From NCBI GenBank assembly GCA_039621445.1, contig CP154954.1, forward strand, positions 17,390,589 to 17,454,588: a stretch of DNA of 64,000 nucleotides. Reading direction: 5' to 3'. Source of the stretch: Euglena gracilis (Eukaryota). The notes beneath the pieces are model-generated. The model searched no databases. It worked only from the letters and a program-made list of their open reading frames with translations, and was not told where the DNA came from. The position numbers and the translations under genes were made by a program. Every line of letters starts with the position of its first letter. Positions within the stretch are counted from its first letter, which is position 1. This document shows positions 35,001 to 46,820 of this stretch, in pieces.

Positions 35001-37766
35001 GCGGCCCATGATGACCCCGCCCAGCTGCTCGGTGGGGGCGGTGGAGGTGGTGAGGGTTTAGCCAACAGTTTGGTGGGTGTACGCGTCCTCCCTGTCGTGT
35101 ACGGTGGTGTGCACCACGCGGTCCCCGTTGGAATGGCATTGGATGTACACTCGGACGCCCAGGCACACCACGGACTCGCCGGAGCCGGTGGTCTTGTACT
35201 CCATGCCGTACTCGGCTGCCGAGGGGAGGGGCATGGTGGTGGGGTGGACGATGTCGTCGATGTATCGGGACACGGCGGAGGACCGGAGCTGGGGAGGGAG
35301 GGCGTACATGTGGTCGCGCTCCACGGGGTAGCAGGCCAGGTTGGCCAGCTGCGGGGCCGGGGGGAGGCCCATGGGCATGCCCCGGATCTGGCGCCGGACC
35401 CTTCCGCCATTGCAGGTGTAGTTGTTCTGCACCGCCACGGCCACCAGCTCCTTCAGGTCATCCAAGGAGTAGCCGAGGCCATCCCACGACCAGCCGCCGG
35501 TGGTGAGGGACGGTGGGTGGCGGGGTCCACCCCAGCGGGGGTCTTGGTCTCCCGCACGAAGGCCCAGGCCTCCTTGGCCGACTCCATGGTCCGCTCGATG
35601 ATGGCGTCGAAGGTGAAGGCCGTGTACATCGTCGTGAAGTCCGCCGTCTCCAAGCCCCCCGCCAGGATGTCCTTGGAGTGGGTTCGGACCATCCGGACGA
35701 AAGACTCCACGCTGTCGATTCCCCAGAACGCCTTGATGCCCTCCTGCTGTTGCCGCCGCTCGTCCTTTTCCCGGAGGGCGACCTCGATGTGCTTCAGGAG
35801 CGACACCAAAGCCTTGCTCAGGGCATAGAGGGGCTGCCGGGGGGGCTCCTTGGAGGCGGTGGGGGCGGAGGCGGGGGCGGACTCAGAGGCGGGGGCGGGG
35901 GACCCGGGGTCGGGGTCGGGGTTCTTGCGGGTCCCGGCAATGAACCGGAACTTCTTCTTCGCTGGCTTCCAGATGCCGTAGTTGTAGACGACACCGGCGC
36001 CAGTGGGGAAGTGCAACCGCTGGTTGACCTCCGACAGCCGGGCAACCACCTCCCTCCAGGTGTCGGTCACGTCCTCGAACACGGTGGAGTCCGCCAGGTA
36101 GGTGGCCATCTGCTTCTGGTACCAGCGCTTGCAAACGAACATCAGGCCGTGGGGGGCCCGGTCGTCGTGGAGGAAGACGAGGACCTGGTGGGCCTCCCGC
36201 ATTTGCTGTGACAGGCCCGGGAAGCCGGTGGGGACCAGCTCTTCTCTGACGGCCGAGCACCGCCAGTTGGTGGTGCAGCGGGCCTCCACGGCGTCGGCCC
36301 ACTCGCCCAGCTTCCGGAGGTAGGTGGCGTCGGTGGGGTTGCTGCGCGCTGCCCACTCGGTGTACTGGTTCAGCGCCCGGCGGAGGTCGTGGAGGACGGT
36401 GTCGGGGGGGCCCTCCAGCCGGAACTTCTTCCGCAGGTACGACCACCGCAGCAGCTCTGACTCGTTGCTCACCACGTGGCCCTCGTGGAAGGCTGCCGGC
36501 TCCTTCCGGCGGAGGGCTGTGTGGCACTGGCAGCCCTCGAGGTCGTCGGCCTGCGCGGCGGCCACGTCCAGCTCGCTGGAGACCTGGGCGTAGTTGCACA
36601 GCCACGCCTGCCATTGCGGGGCGAACTTGTCGCATACCATGATGGCTGCGGCGACGTCCGGGTTGGGGTGGAGCTTGTAGACGGCCTCTTCCCGCAACAC
36701 CTTGCGCAGCTCCAGATGGCGGGCGCCGTTGTTGGAGTAGGAGAACTTCAGGAACTGCCGCTCGGGGGCCTCCTTCCTCTTCGCCTTGATCAGCTCCACC
36801 AGCTTGCACTCCAGCGAGAGGTGGCCGGAGCGCCGCTCGTCGTCCGGGACGTGCTGCTGCAGCCAGTCCAGGGTGGAACACAGCCGCGCCTTGCCCCAGG
36901 AGCGTGCCTCCGCCAGGGCGCTGGAGTCCCCTTGGTGGCAGCGACGGAGCCACTTGGTTAGGTCGGGGCTGGGCGGGGGGTCGCCTTGGGATGTGGGGGC
37001 GGGGTCGGGGCTGGGGAGGGTGTGCTGGCGGCGGAGCACCTTCCGGCTGACGGGGAAGCCGGGGTAGGCGGCGTTGAAGCCATGGGGCCACATGGAGTTG
37101 AGGAGGCCCACCCACTTGCGCTCGCGGGCGAGGGCATCCCGGCGGGCGAGGGCGCGGCGGTCAGCCCGGGGGAAGCTGTCGGGTGAGGGGAGCCTCTCGA
37201 TGGGGATCATGAGGAAGGAGAAGGGGGTGGGGTCGTTGGCCAGGGCGTCGTGCAGGGCGTCGGCGCAGCGCCCCCGGCTCCACCAGTGCTCCTTGGCCCG
37301 CTTGTAAACCTTCCGGGTGGTCTGCCCAACGTACAGTCGCCCCGTGGGGAAGTGGAAGAGGGCGTAAATCCAGCCGGGGGCATCCCACAGGGCGGCCACG
37401 TCGCCCCAGTCCACGGCGGCGTTGGCTGAGTCGGTGGAGCGGAGCTGCAGGACCCTGCGCATGGTCTTGTTGCGCCAGGATCGCCGCCCCCAGCTGCGTT
37501 GCATCCACTGCAGGTGGTCCTGCCAGCTCCACTGCCCCTCGTTGCGGCGGTGGCGGGACGGCTGGGGGTCGTGCTTGTCGTAGGGCTCGGCGATGGGGAG
37601 GGCACGGTCATCACGGGAGTGGGACGGCCTGGGGGGCCTTCGGGAAGAGGGTTGCCCGGGAGGGCGCTCGGGGGGAGGCCTGGGGGTGCGAGAAACCTCG
37701 CCAGGCAATTCACGGTGGACCCGGGGTGGACCCCGGGGAAAGCCCCTCGAGCCGCACGGACTGCGA
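32036..37766 (-). mobile_element. Penelope-like element copy B, full-length layout with frameshifts
   Basis: ORF pieces 35453-37708, 35058-35465, 33384-35009 and 32024-33937. GIY-YIG WIYALFHFPTGRLYVGQTTRKVYKRAKEH...ERKW at ~37090-37375 and YIDD at 35253-35264. Ends in the pLTR plus (GA)n. Confidence 0.92.
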
Positions 37767-40700
37767 AATCTCTCTCTTGATTGTTATGGACGGGGATTCT
37801 GGGTGTGGTTGTGAGTGGGGATGGGTAGGGGGATGGTTAGGAGGTGGGGGGGTGCCGCAGAGGGGGGAGGCCTCGCACGGGTTGCAACGCCCACCTCCAT
37901 AGCCCGGTGGGCGGCCCTAACTGGACGGATACCAGTACCAGGCTCCGGCAGCCGGGGGTGGCACACCGCTGCGACCCCCCTTGGGGGCCCGCTGCCTCCC
38001 CCACGTCCGTGCCGGTGTCGTCTCCGCTGCGCCGCTGCCGCCGCCGTCCGCCGCTTGACGATGGCTCTCGCAGGGATCCCACGGGTTGGGATGAGAGGGG
38101 GTCGGAGGGGGGCTGGCCCTTGCCTCTCTCTCTCTCTCTCTCTTTTACCACGTGGGTTTCCCTTGCCTTCCTTCGCCTTGCCCCCTCCCCCCATCCCTTG
38201 GCCTCCTGGTCCCCCCCGGTGGTGCCCGGTCTGTCCTGGCGCTCTGGGCTGCCCTTTCCCTTGCCCCCCTCCCCCCCTTCCCTTGGCCCCTCTCCGGTCC
38301 TCCGGGGGGCTGCCCGTCTGTCTAGCGCGCTGGGCTGCCCCTTCCCCCTCCCCCCTCCCTTGCCTGCTGGTGGGTGTGTGGCGGTCCCCGTGCGTGCGTG
38401 CGTGCTGGGGGGGCGGCGCTCCCCCCATGGGCTCCGCACGCCTTTCACGCCACCCCCGGACCCCGCGCCAGGGCCCGGGGGCCCGGGGATGCCACCGCCG
38501 GCGAGCCCCCCACCCCCCAGGGCCCCGTCGGCGTGGTACACCTCGTTCTGGTACCCGCATGACGGGCACGGCTGGCAGGTTCCGTGCCCGGCACGCGGGT
38601 TTCGGGGATCTCCGTGGCCGTGTCGATCTTGGGCTCCGTCGCCTCGTCCTCGGCCTCGTCCTCCCCGTCCTCCGCGTCCTCGTTGCTCTGGTGGCGGCTG
38701 CCTGCTCGCTTGGCGGCTTGGGGGTTCAAACCCAATGGATCTCTTCCGCCCCCGGCGTTGTTGCTGTGGCTGCAGGGGGGCCCAGGGGTTGTCGTCCCTT
38801 AGGTCCGGTCGTTGCTGCTGCTGCTGCGGGGGCGGATTCTGCCGCCATTGGTCGAGCTCTTGCTGCATTTCTTGCAGCGCCCGTTGGAGCCCTTGGAGGC
38901 GCTTTTGGAGGCGTTTTCGGCCGGTGCTTTGTGCTGTTTGCCAGCCCTCTCCTTGGGGTTGGCCCTGCCGGCTTCCTTGTGGGGTGACGTTTCCTTTGCC
39001 ACCCTTGCCTCCTTTCCTGGGCTGTGTCTGCCCTTTTCCTGTTTGTTGTCCTCCTCGCTGGGCCCCCCCTTTTGGGTTGGGCTGTTGGTACCCTCTTTGG
39101 GGTGGTCCGGGGTTCTTTGCTTCCCCGATCCGTGCCCCTTTCTTCCAGTCGTGCTGGTCTTGGCTTCTGCTTCTGGGGCACGGTTCTTCTGCTCCTTCGT
39201 CCCGCTTGACGGCGTGTCGGGCCACGCCCTGCCAGTGATTGGCAGGTACCCCTGGAGATCCGCCCCAGGTCGGTTGCGGGTTCTTAGGCTGGCGCCCCGC
39301 CTGCCACCCGGGGCAGAGGTCCTCTGCGCCGGGCAGGCCGTCATTGCCTGGCATGCCTGTGATTTTTGTGCGTCATGGTGCTGGTGGGTTCTTTTTGTTC
39401 GTCGTCCCGATTGACGGCGTGCCGGGACACGCCCTGCCGGTGATCGGCAGGTACCCCTGGAGAGCCGCCCCAGGCCGGTCGCGGGTGATTCTTTGGGCTC
39501 CCCGCTTGCCCCTCGGGGGGGTCCGCTGCCGACCCTTCCTCTTCTGGGCCTGGCTGCTTCGCCTCCCCGATGCGCTGGCCTTCCTGCCAGTCGTGGCTGG
39601 TGGGTTCTCCACCTTCGTCTTCCGCTCCGGTGTGGGACCTCCGCCTCTCTTCTCGCGTGCTTCTGGCTTGGCCTTCTGCTTGGGTTGGTGGGCCTTCGTT
39701 CTCCCTCGCCTTCCATCGGCGGATCTCGTCCCTCCGCTTGTCGGCGACGGCTGCCCACACTTGGTCTTGGAGGCTTTGGTCCCACCCCTGCCACATCTCG
39801 TGGCGGTCGCTTGCTTTGGGCGTGGCCTTGAAGCGCTCGTACTGCTCCCGCCACTCTGCCGGCCACTCGGCCAAGCGCGTGTACAGCCTCTTCTTGCGTT
39901 GGCTTGGCTGGGTTGCCTGCGAGGCGTCGTCCCCTTCGGTGGGCTGTGGTGTGGCCGCCTCCTCCACCACCACCGACACTGGGCGCTTGTTGCCCAGGAG
40001 TCGGTCTGTGGCCATGGGGTCGCTTCTTGCCGGTGCCTCCTCGGTGGCTGTGGTGCTTTGTGCTTCCTGCGTGGGGGTGGCGCTCGGTGGCGGTGTGGCG
40101 CTTGTTGTTGGTGTTGGTAGGGCCGGCGTGCTGCTTGCCGCTGCTGCTGCTGCGGGCACGGGGCTGGTGCTGCCGGGTGGTGCTGCTGGCGTGGCGGTGG
40201 TGCTGGCCCCTTCCGTTGCGGGTGGTGGTAGGTTGCTGCTTGGCGGTGGTGCTGCTCCTGCCGGGGTGGTGCCTGCTGCGGGCGATGTGGGTGTGGCGGC
40301 GGTGGGTGCGTCTTCGATCGCCAGCGTGGCGCGGTGGGTGAGGTGGCGGCTCTCTTGCTGCTGCTGTTGCTGCTGCCAGATCCATCGCACCATTTCGATG
40401 AGCAGTGCCCGTTGGGGGTCCACTGCTCCTTCCGCCGGGTAGGGCTGTGGTCGCCCCATCTCCCGCTGCCACCGGGCCCTTGTCGGCCCGGTGGTGCTGC
40501 TGACCGCTTGGATCAGTCGTTGGACTGGCATGGGCAGCTGTGCGCTCGCCCCCCGGAGCAGCGCGGTCACTGCGCCGGTGTCCATCCCCGGCAGCCGCAG
40601 CGGGCGTTCCACTGGCACCAGGCGCTCCACGTGCACCGGCACCGGGTACGGTGTGGGCACTGCGCGCTCCACGACCACCGGCACGGGTACGTGGTACGGC

Positions 40701-40960
40701 ACTGGGATCTGTACCGGCACCACGCGCTCGACGTACACCGGCACGGGACAGGGGGTGGGCACCGGCACCGGCACCGGGTACGGTTGGGGCACCTGGACCA
40801 CTTGCAGCGGCTGCTGCACTGTGGTTGTTGGCGGCTGCTGGCTGGTTGGCGTCGCCGCTGATGTCTGTGTGGTGGGTGTAGGGGAAGCGCCGGCCACCTC
40901 CCGCTCCTGTGTGCTCGCTGTGCACCGTGTTTCGGCCGACCGTTGGAGCTGGGATATCTG
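37767..40960 (-). mobile_element. 3' half of a diverged sister Penelope-like subfamily, head-to-tail upstream of copy B
   Basis: ORFs 39341-41032 and 37837-39354 share the VPV repeat, the LAEWPAEWREQYE...WDQSLQDQVWA domain and the HDWxxGxRIGEAxxPGP motif with the C-terminal extension of copies A-D. They end in a diverged pLTR. No RT is present. Confidence 0.7.
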
Positions 40961-43318
40961 GCAAGCCGCGGCTAGCGGCTGGCTGGCTGGAAAAAAAAGA
41001 GGAGGAAGGTCTGGCCAGCCATGGCCAGCCACGGCCTGGCTGAGGGGATTTAGAGGAGGAGGAGGTCTGGCTGGCTGCGATGGGACTTTTCAAAAAATTA
41101 TGATTCACCCATACGCAAAAAATTGCTTGCATTCCTAATCCTTCTTCTTCTGTTTTACGGAGCATGGCGTTAGGCTGGAGGGGGGGGTTCCTGGCTCGCC
41201 GGCCGACAAGCCAGGAACTGGCATGGTCGGCAGCTAATCGGCGAGATAGGGGGGGGGTCCTGGCCAGTCGGCCGACTAGCCGGCGAAATATCCACTCTAA
41301 CGTACTAACAGGCCAAACCCGCCGACTTTTAAAAAAAACCCCCCCATGAAGAAAATTGTATGCAAGCTGGTCGGTGGTCATAAAAAATGGTCTGTGGTGG
41401 GCCCAAGTCACCCGGAAATGGTCCGGATGGGTCCACATAAGTGCCTTACACACCAACATAAACACCCTCAGATGGAAATCTTTGGTCGGTGGGGGTAGGT
41501 GGGGCCCTTGATGAGGGCCCAGAGGGGTTAAAGACCAATGATGGAACAGGGATTACATGAAAATCCTTTAGAAATGCAAGCATTCTGCATCACGAGAGGC
41601 AGAAATCTCCCCCCTCCACCCCCATCCGAGCCTCAAATAACAAAAAGGTAAGGTAAGTGTTCAGTCCCGAGGTACCCCCCCCCCTATATGACACCCCTGG
41701 GGGGGGTCATCTAGGGGGGGGTCACAGAGCAGAGCAATTTTTCAAGTGGGAAAAGTATCCCCCCCTAAATGACCCCCCCTAGATGACCCTTTGGGGGGTC
41801 CTGAAGCAACATTAATAGGGTCATTCAGGGGGGGGGTACGTGATTCCTACTCTGCGATTATTTAAGCCCCGCCCCCCTCAGCAAAGGAAGTTAACAGAAA
41901 GAGGTCATTCTGTGGAGTTTTTGTTGATGTTTGGCATGGTTTATTTCATTTAATTAGTTGTAACTGATATTTTTCTGCGTTTTTATCTCTGAAATTGCAA
42001 TTAAAATTCCCAATTATTGATGTTTTGGTGTGAAATTGTAATTAAATTGATGTTTTTTCTTCTGTTACCTTTCAATTACAAATATGAATTACCAAGCAGA
42101 AACGAAAAAAAAAAAAAGAAAGAAGACGGCGAAGCACGAAGGAACGGAAGAGGGTCGCGCGAGACATTTCGCGCGAGTCACGCGGTCATGCCGCCCCCTT
42201 GCCCTCTTTATGAGTGTACGGTGGTGCCCTTGCCCTTACCGTTTCCGGAAGCCGGAGAGGGGGGTTGAGCCCCTCGCGTCCCCCGCGTCCCCCCCCCCCG
42301 CGTCCCCCCCGCGTCCCCACCAAGTGGCTTGGTGTCCTTTTTTGAAGAGGCTTTTCTGCAATGTCCCGGCATGCTTGTGTGATGAAACAAAGAAAAGGGG
42401 AGAAGGACAAAGAACGTTGGAAATTGAGAAGTCAAATTTTTATCCTTGCCACTCAAAAAAATGGTAGTTGTTTGCTGGACCCCAGGTATTGGGGGGGGGT
42501 CCCGTGGGACCCCCTGCCGCTTGTGATGGGTGAAGGTCATGACCTAACGAGTCTCTTACAGATGCTTCCGATTTCTTTGTACTGCAGTTGATGGGATGCG
42601 GGAAGACAATTGGTGGTGGATGCAAAAGTGTCCATTTGTTATTTCCTGTTTGTTCGGCATGATCAATGCTAATCCTAGAATGTCCCCCCGCAATCACTGC
42701 ACACCTTTCCCATTTTGTGTCCTTTTTGTTGACACCGTTCCCATCTCCTGTTCTCTTTTCCATTTCGTCAATTTTTTTCAGCCCATGGCATTCAGCCCAT
42801 CCTCTCACCTGGAATTTCTGATCATGGTGTATCCCAAAGAGCCGTCTTCCCATTTTGAGTTTGCTAGAGACTGCCTTTCAAATAATTTTTTTGAAAGGGA
42901 ATTTTGTAGGATATTCTAATCGACCAGCACATTTTTTGGGAATGTTGGGCCATTTTTGACTCCATTTTGGGTGTGGAAATGCACCAGAGTTTGGAGTTTT
43001 TTTTTTTAAGAGGACGTTGTGTTGCAAAACTTCTTTTAAAAAACACACTTTCCATTTTTTTTTAAAAGGCACTTTTTTGTTGCTTTTTTAAATAAAAAAA
43101 AACAGAACATAATTTTTTTTAAAAAAAGTCAGTTGCGTGTGCGGAAGAGGAAACAGAGGAGGATGGCCACTCTGGGTTGGTCAGAAACTGAAACTGGGCG
43201 GGATCGTTGTCCAGGTAACCCTTAGCTTCAGCGGGCCGTTGCACTCCGCACAGAAGACGGTGGCGCCGTCGGCGGAGCTCTCCGCAAGGGTCTTGGCCCA
43301 GTCCCAGGGATCGGCGTA

Positions 43319-45438
43319 CAGGGGGTAGCTTTAAATCGTAGGACACTTAATTCGGTTTGACATTTAACTCGCTCTGGATTAAATCCGTTTTAATCCAGCG
43401 AGGTTCGGGGGTCAGACCGGATTTAATCCAGCGAGTTTAACCGCTATCGAGGTTACTCCTAATTGGCAGGATGCGCAGATTTCTGGTGCAAAAGGACAGT
43501 TTGGAGCAAGGTACCATATTCCTTCCGTTTATCACTGACATTCACTTCTTTCTCCAGAGAGGAAACGAGAAGATGATTTTAAAGCTGTTGTCGATCATGC
43601 GGAAGATGTGTTGGAAACCAGGTTGACTTCCTCCCAAATTTCTCCCCTGCTTGCCTTCTCATTCAGGAACTCCAAGAAACAAAAAGTGAAGAAGGAGTGG
43701 GCCTCCTGGTCCGACGAGAAGAAGACGGAGATTGCGGACATGGCCATCCAGAAGGGGATGACCTACGCAGCATTTCAGGTACTTTCTCATCCCACTGTGG
43801 GTCCCACAACACCCCCTCAGCTGTGGTGGAAAGGTCAGCACCTTTTTTTATATCCTCTCCTACGTTTTGTTTTCGCCGCTGCCACCCCTTCCTTTCTGTT
43901 TTGTCACAGGGACGCCGCTTCCAGTTCAAATCAAGAGGACCCCAGAGAGAGGGTAATTCAAGAACAAGAACCTGGGAATATTCATGAACAAGAACATGGG
44001 AATAATCAAGAACAAGCCGTGGAACAAGAAGACGAACAAGAATCCGACAGTGACGTCGAAGTTCAGGTGGCAGGTGTGCAGGCATGTGCTGAAGTGATCC
44101 CAGACGATTTGGTTGTGGAGGAAGGAGAAGGGGTTGCCGAAGAAGAGGCTGCTGCAAGAGAAGTGGAGGCAGCCCGACAACTGGAGATGGATGAGGCCAT
44201 TGCCAAATCGCTGGCACGTGGTGGCCGACTGTTGTTCAAGTTTGCCCCCCCCCCTGTGGACAACATTTCCTCCCCCCCCTGTGGACAATATTTTCTTGCC
44301 CCCCCCCGTGTTTTTTAAAAAAATTCTGTTTTAAAAACCTGTTTTTTAAAAAAAACACACGAAAGTGTTTCTTTCAAACAGCAAAAAATGCCCCCCCCCC
44401 CTGTGGACAACATTTCGTCCCCCCCTTTTGGACTAAATGTCCTTCCCCCCCCTCCTTGTGCACAATCCCCCCCCCCTGGACAAACTTTCCTCCCCCCCCC
44501 CCCCGATGGCCCGGGCAACCTTGCTTCTGCCCCCACGGGCTGGTGTTGATCGGGCAAAGAAGTTTGGGAAGTGATGCATTATTGTTTGTTTGTTCACGAC
44601 ACAGCCGGCAGCTGCTGTGTTCAGGCTTTCCTCTCCCCCCCCCACCTGTGGATTTCACAACGGTGTGTCTTACAACAAAAAAATTTTTTTGGGTTTTTTT
44701 TGTGACTCAAAAATTTTTTTTAAGCGGGTTGACCCAGCAGACCCCCCCCCCCGGGGGGGTGCAGGACCTGGGGGGGGTCCCGCGCCTGAGGCGCTGGGAA
44801 AACCTTTTCGGCCCGAAGCGCCGAAAATTTTTGGAAACTGCCTTTACTGGGCCCGATTCGGTGGGGGGGGGGGGGGGGCCCCCCCCCCCCCCCCGCGTCA
44901 CGACCCCCCTCCCCCCCCTTTTGTATGAAGAAGGCCTGTGCTCTCCACGTGTTCTCACGTGTTCTCACGTTTGCACACCTTGCACGTTACATTGCTGCTG
45001 TTTTTACGTTTGCCAGACTGTCGTGGAATCGTGGAATTGTTTTTGGTGCTGGAAAGTAAAGTGAGCCGTTGTGAAAAACGGCTTGTTGCAAAAAAGATGT
45101 TTTTTTTTCCATAAAACATTCCATTCAGTGGGGGTCAAGTGGTGAAGGGGTGTTTTGAAAGGAATTTGTGTGGTCGGGTTTGGGCAACGTCCGTCAAATC
45201 TGGGCAACGTCCGTCCCGTTGGATTGGGGGTGCAAAAACTCCTCCTGGCCAGGAACAAATACTGCCGTTCGGTCCGCTGAAAAGGATTGAAAAAAAAACG
45301 TCGGCTCCTGAACACTTATCAGGCTACCTCGGCCCGGACCGAATTTAATCCGCCGAGGTTTGGTACCCAAACCGAATTTAATCCTCGCGCCTTTAATCCC
45401 TACGTATTAAGTACTCGGCGCCTTTTAACTACCTCCTG
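43319..45438 (+). mobile_element. TA-targeting DNA transposon (Tc1/mariner/pogo-like), internally deleted, with nested repeats
   Basis: Ends CAGGGGGTAGCTTTAAA / TTTTAACTACCTCCTG with TA at 43317-43318 and 45439-45440. Subterminal TTTAATCC repeats occur at both ends. The empty site restores the flanking reading frame. Confidence 0.8.
43471..43833 (+). CDS. Spliced N-terminus of a probable transposase (HTH-like)
   Basis: GT-AG introns 43511-43557, 43622-43666 and 43779-43820 join in frame to MRRFLVQKDSLEQERKREDDFKAVVDHAEDVLETRNSKKQKVKKEWASWSDEKKTEIADMAIQKGMTYAAFQLWWK. An acidic segment follows at ~43910-44230. No DDE domain is seen. Confidence 0.6.
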
Positions 45439-45568
45439 TAGTAGTTGGGGATGACGTGGAGGAAGTCCGGGTGGGCGGCGCGGGTGACGGCCACGTAGGC
45501 GTAGACGGCCACGCGGCCACGTAGGCCATCTTGGGGTTGGCTTGGATCTGGTTCCAGTCGAGGATGCC

Positions 45569-45793
45569 GGGGGTGTTCCCCCCGCCACCCCCCCCTTTCC
45601 CCCCCCCCCCCCCCGCGTCCCCCCCGCGTCCCGGATTTTGGCCCGGCTTATTTTTTGGTCGAGCAAAGGAAAATTACATGCAAATTTGGGTGACGCCAAA
45701 GAAAACGTGTGGGGGTGGTTGGGCCATGGTTCCCCCCCGCGTCCCCTCCGGGTCCCCCCTCCGCGTCCCCCCCCCGCGTCCCGAACCACCCCC
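45569..45793. mobile_element. TIR insert with 3-bp duplication (introner-like)
   Basis: GCC|GGGGGTGTTC...GAACCACCCCC|GCC, with internal C(n)GCGT arrays. Confidence 0.8.
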
Positions 45794-45928
45794 GCCGTAG
45801 TTCTCGTGGATAGTCTCCCCCTGCGCCTGGATCGAAGAAGGTGAGGGTGACGGAGGCGTCCTCTTCCTCTTGCGAGTCACGTCGGTGTTCTGTTGGCGCT
45901 GGAGCACGTCCACCCACTGGAGGGTGAC

Positions 45929-46264
45929 GGGGGTGTTTCCCCCCGGCCCCCCCGCGACCCCCCCCGCGACCCCCCCGCGACCCCACTCTGAGCCCAATTC
46001 GGGTTCCCAAAAAGTACGAAAAATTTGCATTAATTAGGAATTTGCCACTCAATTAGGAATCAAAAACGCGAAAAATTGGTCGCAAATTCCTAATTGGACC
46101 TATTTTCGGACCCAAATGGCACGCAAATTCCTAATTAGGATCTAAAATTAGAGGATAGGACGACGTCACACAAGTCACATATGACCTGCCGCAAAACCCA
46201 TTTCACCCCCGCGACCCCCCCCGCGACCCCCCCCGCGACCCCCCCCCGCGACCCCAACACCCCC
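45929..46264. mobile_element. TIR insert with 3-bp duplication (introner-like)
   Basis: GAC|GGGGGTGTT...AACACCCCC|GAC, with internal C(n)GCGA arrays. Confidence 0.8.
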
Positions 46265-46820
46265 GACCGTTCACTTCTCCGGGTCGATGGACTGGAGGAT
46301 GGCACATCGGTTGTTGACGACCTACGGGGTGTTGCTGCCGTCGGGCGGCTTCCGGTCGCGGAGGGTGTTGCGGCTGATGACCTCCATGCCCTCGCCGTAA
46401 ACAAAGTTCTGGAGGTACTCCCAGCTTTTCTGCTGGTGGGCCGAATGACGGGGCTGAGCACACAGAGATAGCGAGCAAGGTGAATGAGTCTTTGACCGCA
46501 GCGGGTAACGTGACCCCCCCTATTTGCCCCCCCCCCCTAATTGGCCAGAGCCCAGGTGGCCATTTAGCGGGGGGGGGGGTTACTCATTTCAAGGTAAATG
46601 CCTTTATTCGGGTGTTTTACGGGGTTCGCAACTATGAAGGACGGGGGCACGGTGGCCAATTAGGGGGGGGGGGTAACCCCCCCCTTAATTGTCCCCCCCC
46701 CCCTAATTGGCCAGAAGGGGGGTCCGGGCCGCCTGGAGTGCGGCCAAATAGGGGGGGAGGGGTTGGTATCCTTCCAAGTCGGGTGAAGTGTGTCATTGTG
46801 GACGAGGGAAGCGCTGCGTA

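Larger units (their letters stand above)
43190..46460 (-). pseudogene. Decayed gene split by three insertions; product unknown (has a CxxC)
   Basis: Joined pieces read HQQKSWEYLQNFVYGEGMEVISRN...IDPEK*TV / TLQWVDVLQRQQN...HENYG / ILDWNQIQANPKMAYVA...HVIPNYY / ADPWDWAKTLAESSADGATVFCAECNGPLKL. Two stops and a small frameshifting duplication (~45505-45520) remain. Confidence 0.65.
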
